The position numbers were made by a program, and so were the translations under genes. The notes under the pieces are model-generated. The model was not told the origin of the DNA. It searched no databases and saw nothing but the letters and a program-made list of their open reading frames with translations. Shown piece by piece: positions 62,326-64,000 of a DNA stretch of 64,000 bases. Each line of letters starts with the position of its first letter. The first letter of the stretch is position 1. Location: positions 7,921,882-7,985,881 of the forward strand of contig CAJINV010000003.1 of assembly GCA_905178155.1 (NCBI GenBank), written 5' to 3'. The DNA is from Amoebophrya sp. A120 (Eukaryota > Protista > Dinoflagellata).

Positions 62326-64000
62326 ATGGCGACCGATGACTCTGTTCGGAAGCAGCACGAGGCCTCCCTTGCCGCCAAAGCGACTGGGCGACGGAGATTC
62401 GCCGACGCGGCTACGTTCGGGCAGGCCGTGATCGCGTCCCTTGGTTTTGCGGCCGGTCTTGTATTCTATCACCTTCTCCTGGGGCGACCCGGCACTGGCC
62501 AGGGTGTGGGTAGAAAACAAGGGGAAGTCTACCCCAATGAACCGGCGCGCGAACCGGGATTACCTTCTCGCGACCCAGCGTTGCGAGGAGATGATAAAGC
62601 GGAGCCTGGCGACGCGGGTCGCAACCTCCGGGCCAAAACGTTTCTCGACGAGCAGGGCGCTGCGGCGCCGCAGAATAAGAGCGGCTCAGCCATGCTTCGG
62701 GCTCCGTTTGCATACGAGCTTCTGCTGGAGCAAATTGAGCGGAACGAAGCAGAGATCGACTGGGCCACCGGTGTGCCGGCACAGGAGCCTCCCTCCCCTG
62801 CGCATTCCGTTTCCGTCTCCCCGTCCGGGCTCGTCGAGGGAGAGGCAAGCTCGTTCGCGCAAGCCGCGCCCGAGCACTTCGACGTCGTTGTGGTGGGATC
62901 CGGAGGTGGACTGAAGATCGCGCACTTCGCACGCGGACTCGGGCTCAAAGTCGCAGTTATCGAAAAGGGATTTTGGACCGCGGGCTGGGACGCGCAGACT
63001 TACCGCCGCGTTGAGAAGGATCGATGGTACTACGACGTTCGAAAGTGTTATAATATGGACGGCTTCTCCCAATGCTTGCATCGGCACAGATACGTATCAA
63101 GTTCAAGGGGGAGATCCTTCATCGTTCGTACAGATCCGCATATGCTGTTCAGAGCAATAAATCAATAGCATCATATAATATTTTCAAAACAGGCTTCCTG
63201 GGCTCGGTGGTACGTGCCTGACCCGCGGCTGTCTACCTTCGAAGATGTGGATTCACCAGGCTGATGCCAGTTTGCGATGGGAGTACGCATTGCAAAAGTA
63301 GAAGTGCTGTTTTTTCTCTCGGACATTGAAGCCGAAGAAGTCTTTTCATGGCAAGTCCAAGCATGCAGCTGGCTGCTCTGGCGCTCAAGGAGGATTCAAG
63401 GAGGGTTTCATGTCCTTGCGCCACGGGACAATACGCTCTACTTTTGCATTGGATAAGACCGACCAGCGCGCGATGTTCAATGGAACAGAGAAAAATGAGC
63501 AGGACTATCCGGTGTGAGCACGGTCCACCCATTCCAGTAAGTGAGATATTGTCTTGCCCGAAGCGTGCATGAAAGTAGATCTGTAATCTTTTCGATTTTC
63601 CTGATCGAAATTCGCATCTGGTTCTTCACCTCTCAGACTCTGGCTATATGCGTGGCGGACAAATAACATGCTTAGCTTTGTTGAAAAATCCATGTAAGAA
63701 AACATGGCTAGACCTGGATTGTCACGGCTCTATCGGATGGGTAGGCCTCGCCCAAGCCGAAGCGTGGAAGCGGGGACCCTCGCACCACGGAAGTAAAGTT
63801 CGGTATATGTACTGGACAGGAAGGTGGGACTCTTGCAACAGTATAGCAGGCAACCCGTGTTTACCGACCGGAAGCGGCTGGCCGTGTTCGACCCGCACGG
63901 GCATCGTTTGAACGAGGAAGAACGCAAGGAAGGTGGTCCGAAAAATGAGGATGATCCAATGGCCCGGCCGGATAACGCCGACGAGCGCTTGCAGAGGGCA
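62326..64000 (+). CDS. Pyridine nucleotide-disulfide oxidoreductase with N-terminal membrane anchor; partial
   Basis: FDVVVVGSGGG...VAVIEKG FAD-binding motif. A GT-AG intron at 63027-63192 leads to LGGTCLTRGCLPSK, the redox CxxxxC motif. Confidence 0.85.

Noticed and set aside
63506-63899. Possible old introner in the plus-strand reductase gene
   Set aside because: It has a TATCC start, partial inverted similarity and an in-frame join, but no ATA end or TSD and no homology support.

Overview
Eukaryotic protist DNA. About 20 protein genes lie co-oriented on the minus strand from 1 to 60 kb. An AT-rich divergent strand-switch region follows (about 60.1-62.3 kb), then one plus-strand gene. Recognisable products: BCAS3-like WD40 protein, Tctex-1 dynein light chain, DBP7/DDX31 helicase, two coiled-coil proteins with degenerate PIP5K-like domains, a CDF metal transporter, eukaryote-type UDP-galactopyranose mutase (UGM), an ATP-grasp protein, TBCE, a GH27 alpha-galactosidase and a disulfide oxidoreductase. 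The dominant signal is at least 23 MITE-like elements of 116-550 bp inserted inside coding sequence. They have TAT...ATA terminal inverted repeats (TIRs) and 5-bp target-site duplications (TSDs). In each listed case, removing the element plus one TSD gives an in-frame join, so they behave as non-canonical introns. Protein homology fixes the junction after base 4 of the upstream TSD copy and before base 5 of the downstream copy, and one family occurs in both orientations. The architecture matches the introner elements described for the parasitic dinoflagellate Amoebophrya (the TAT-N7-AAA repeat type I recall for strain A120); this taxon assignment is inference. No transposase, rRNA, tRNA or CRISPR array was seen. 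All gene models were read by eye and need RNA-seq confirmation.
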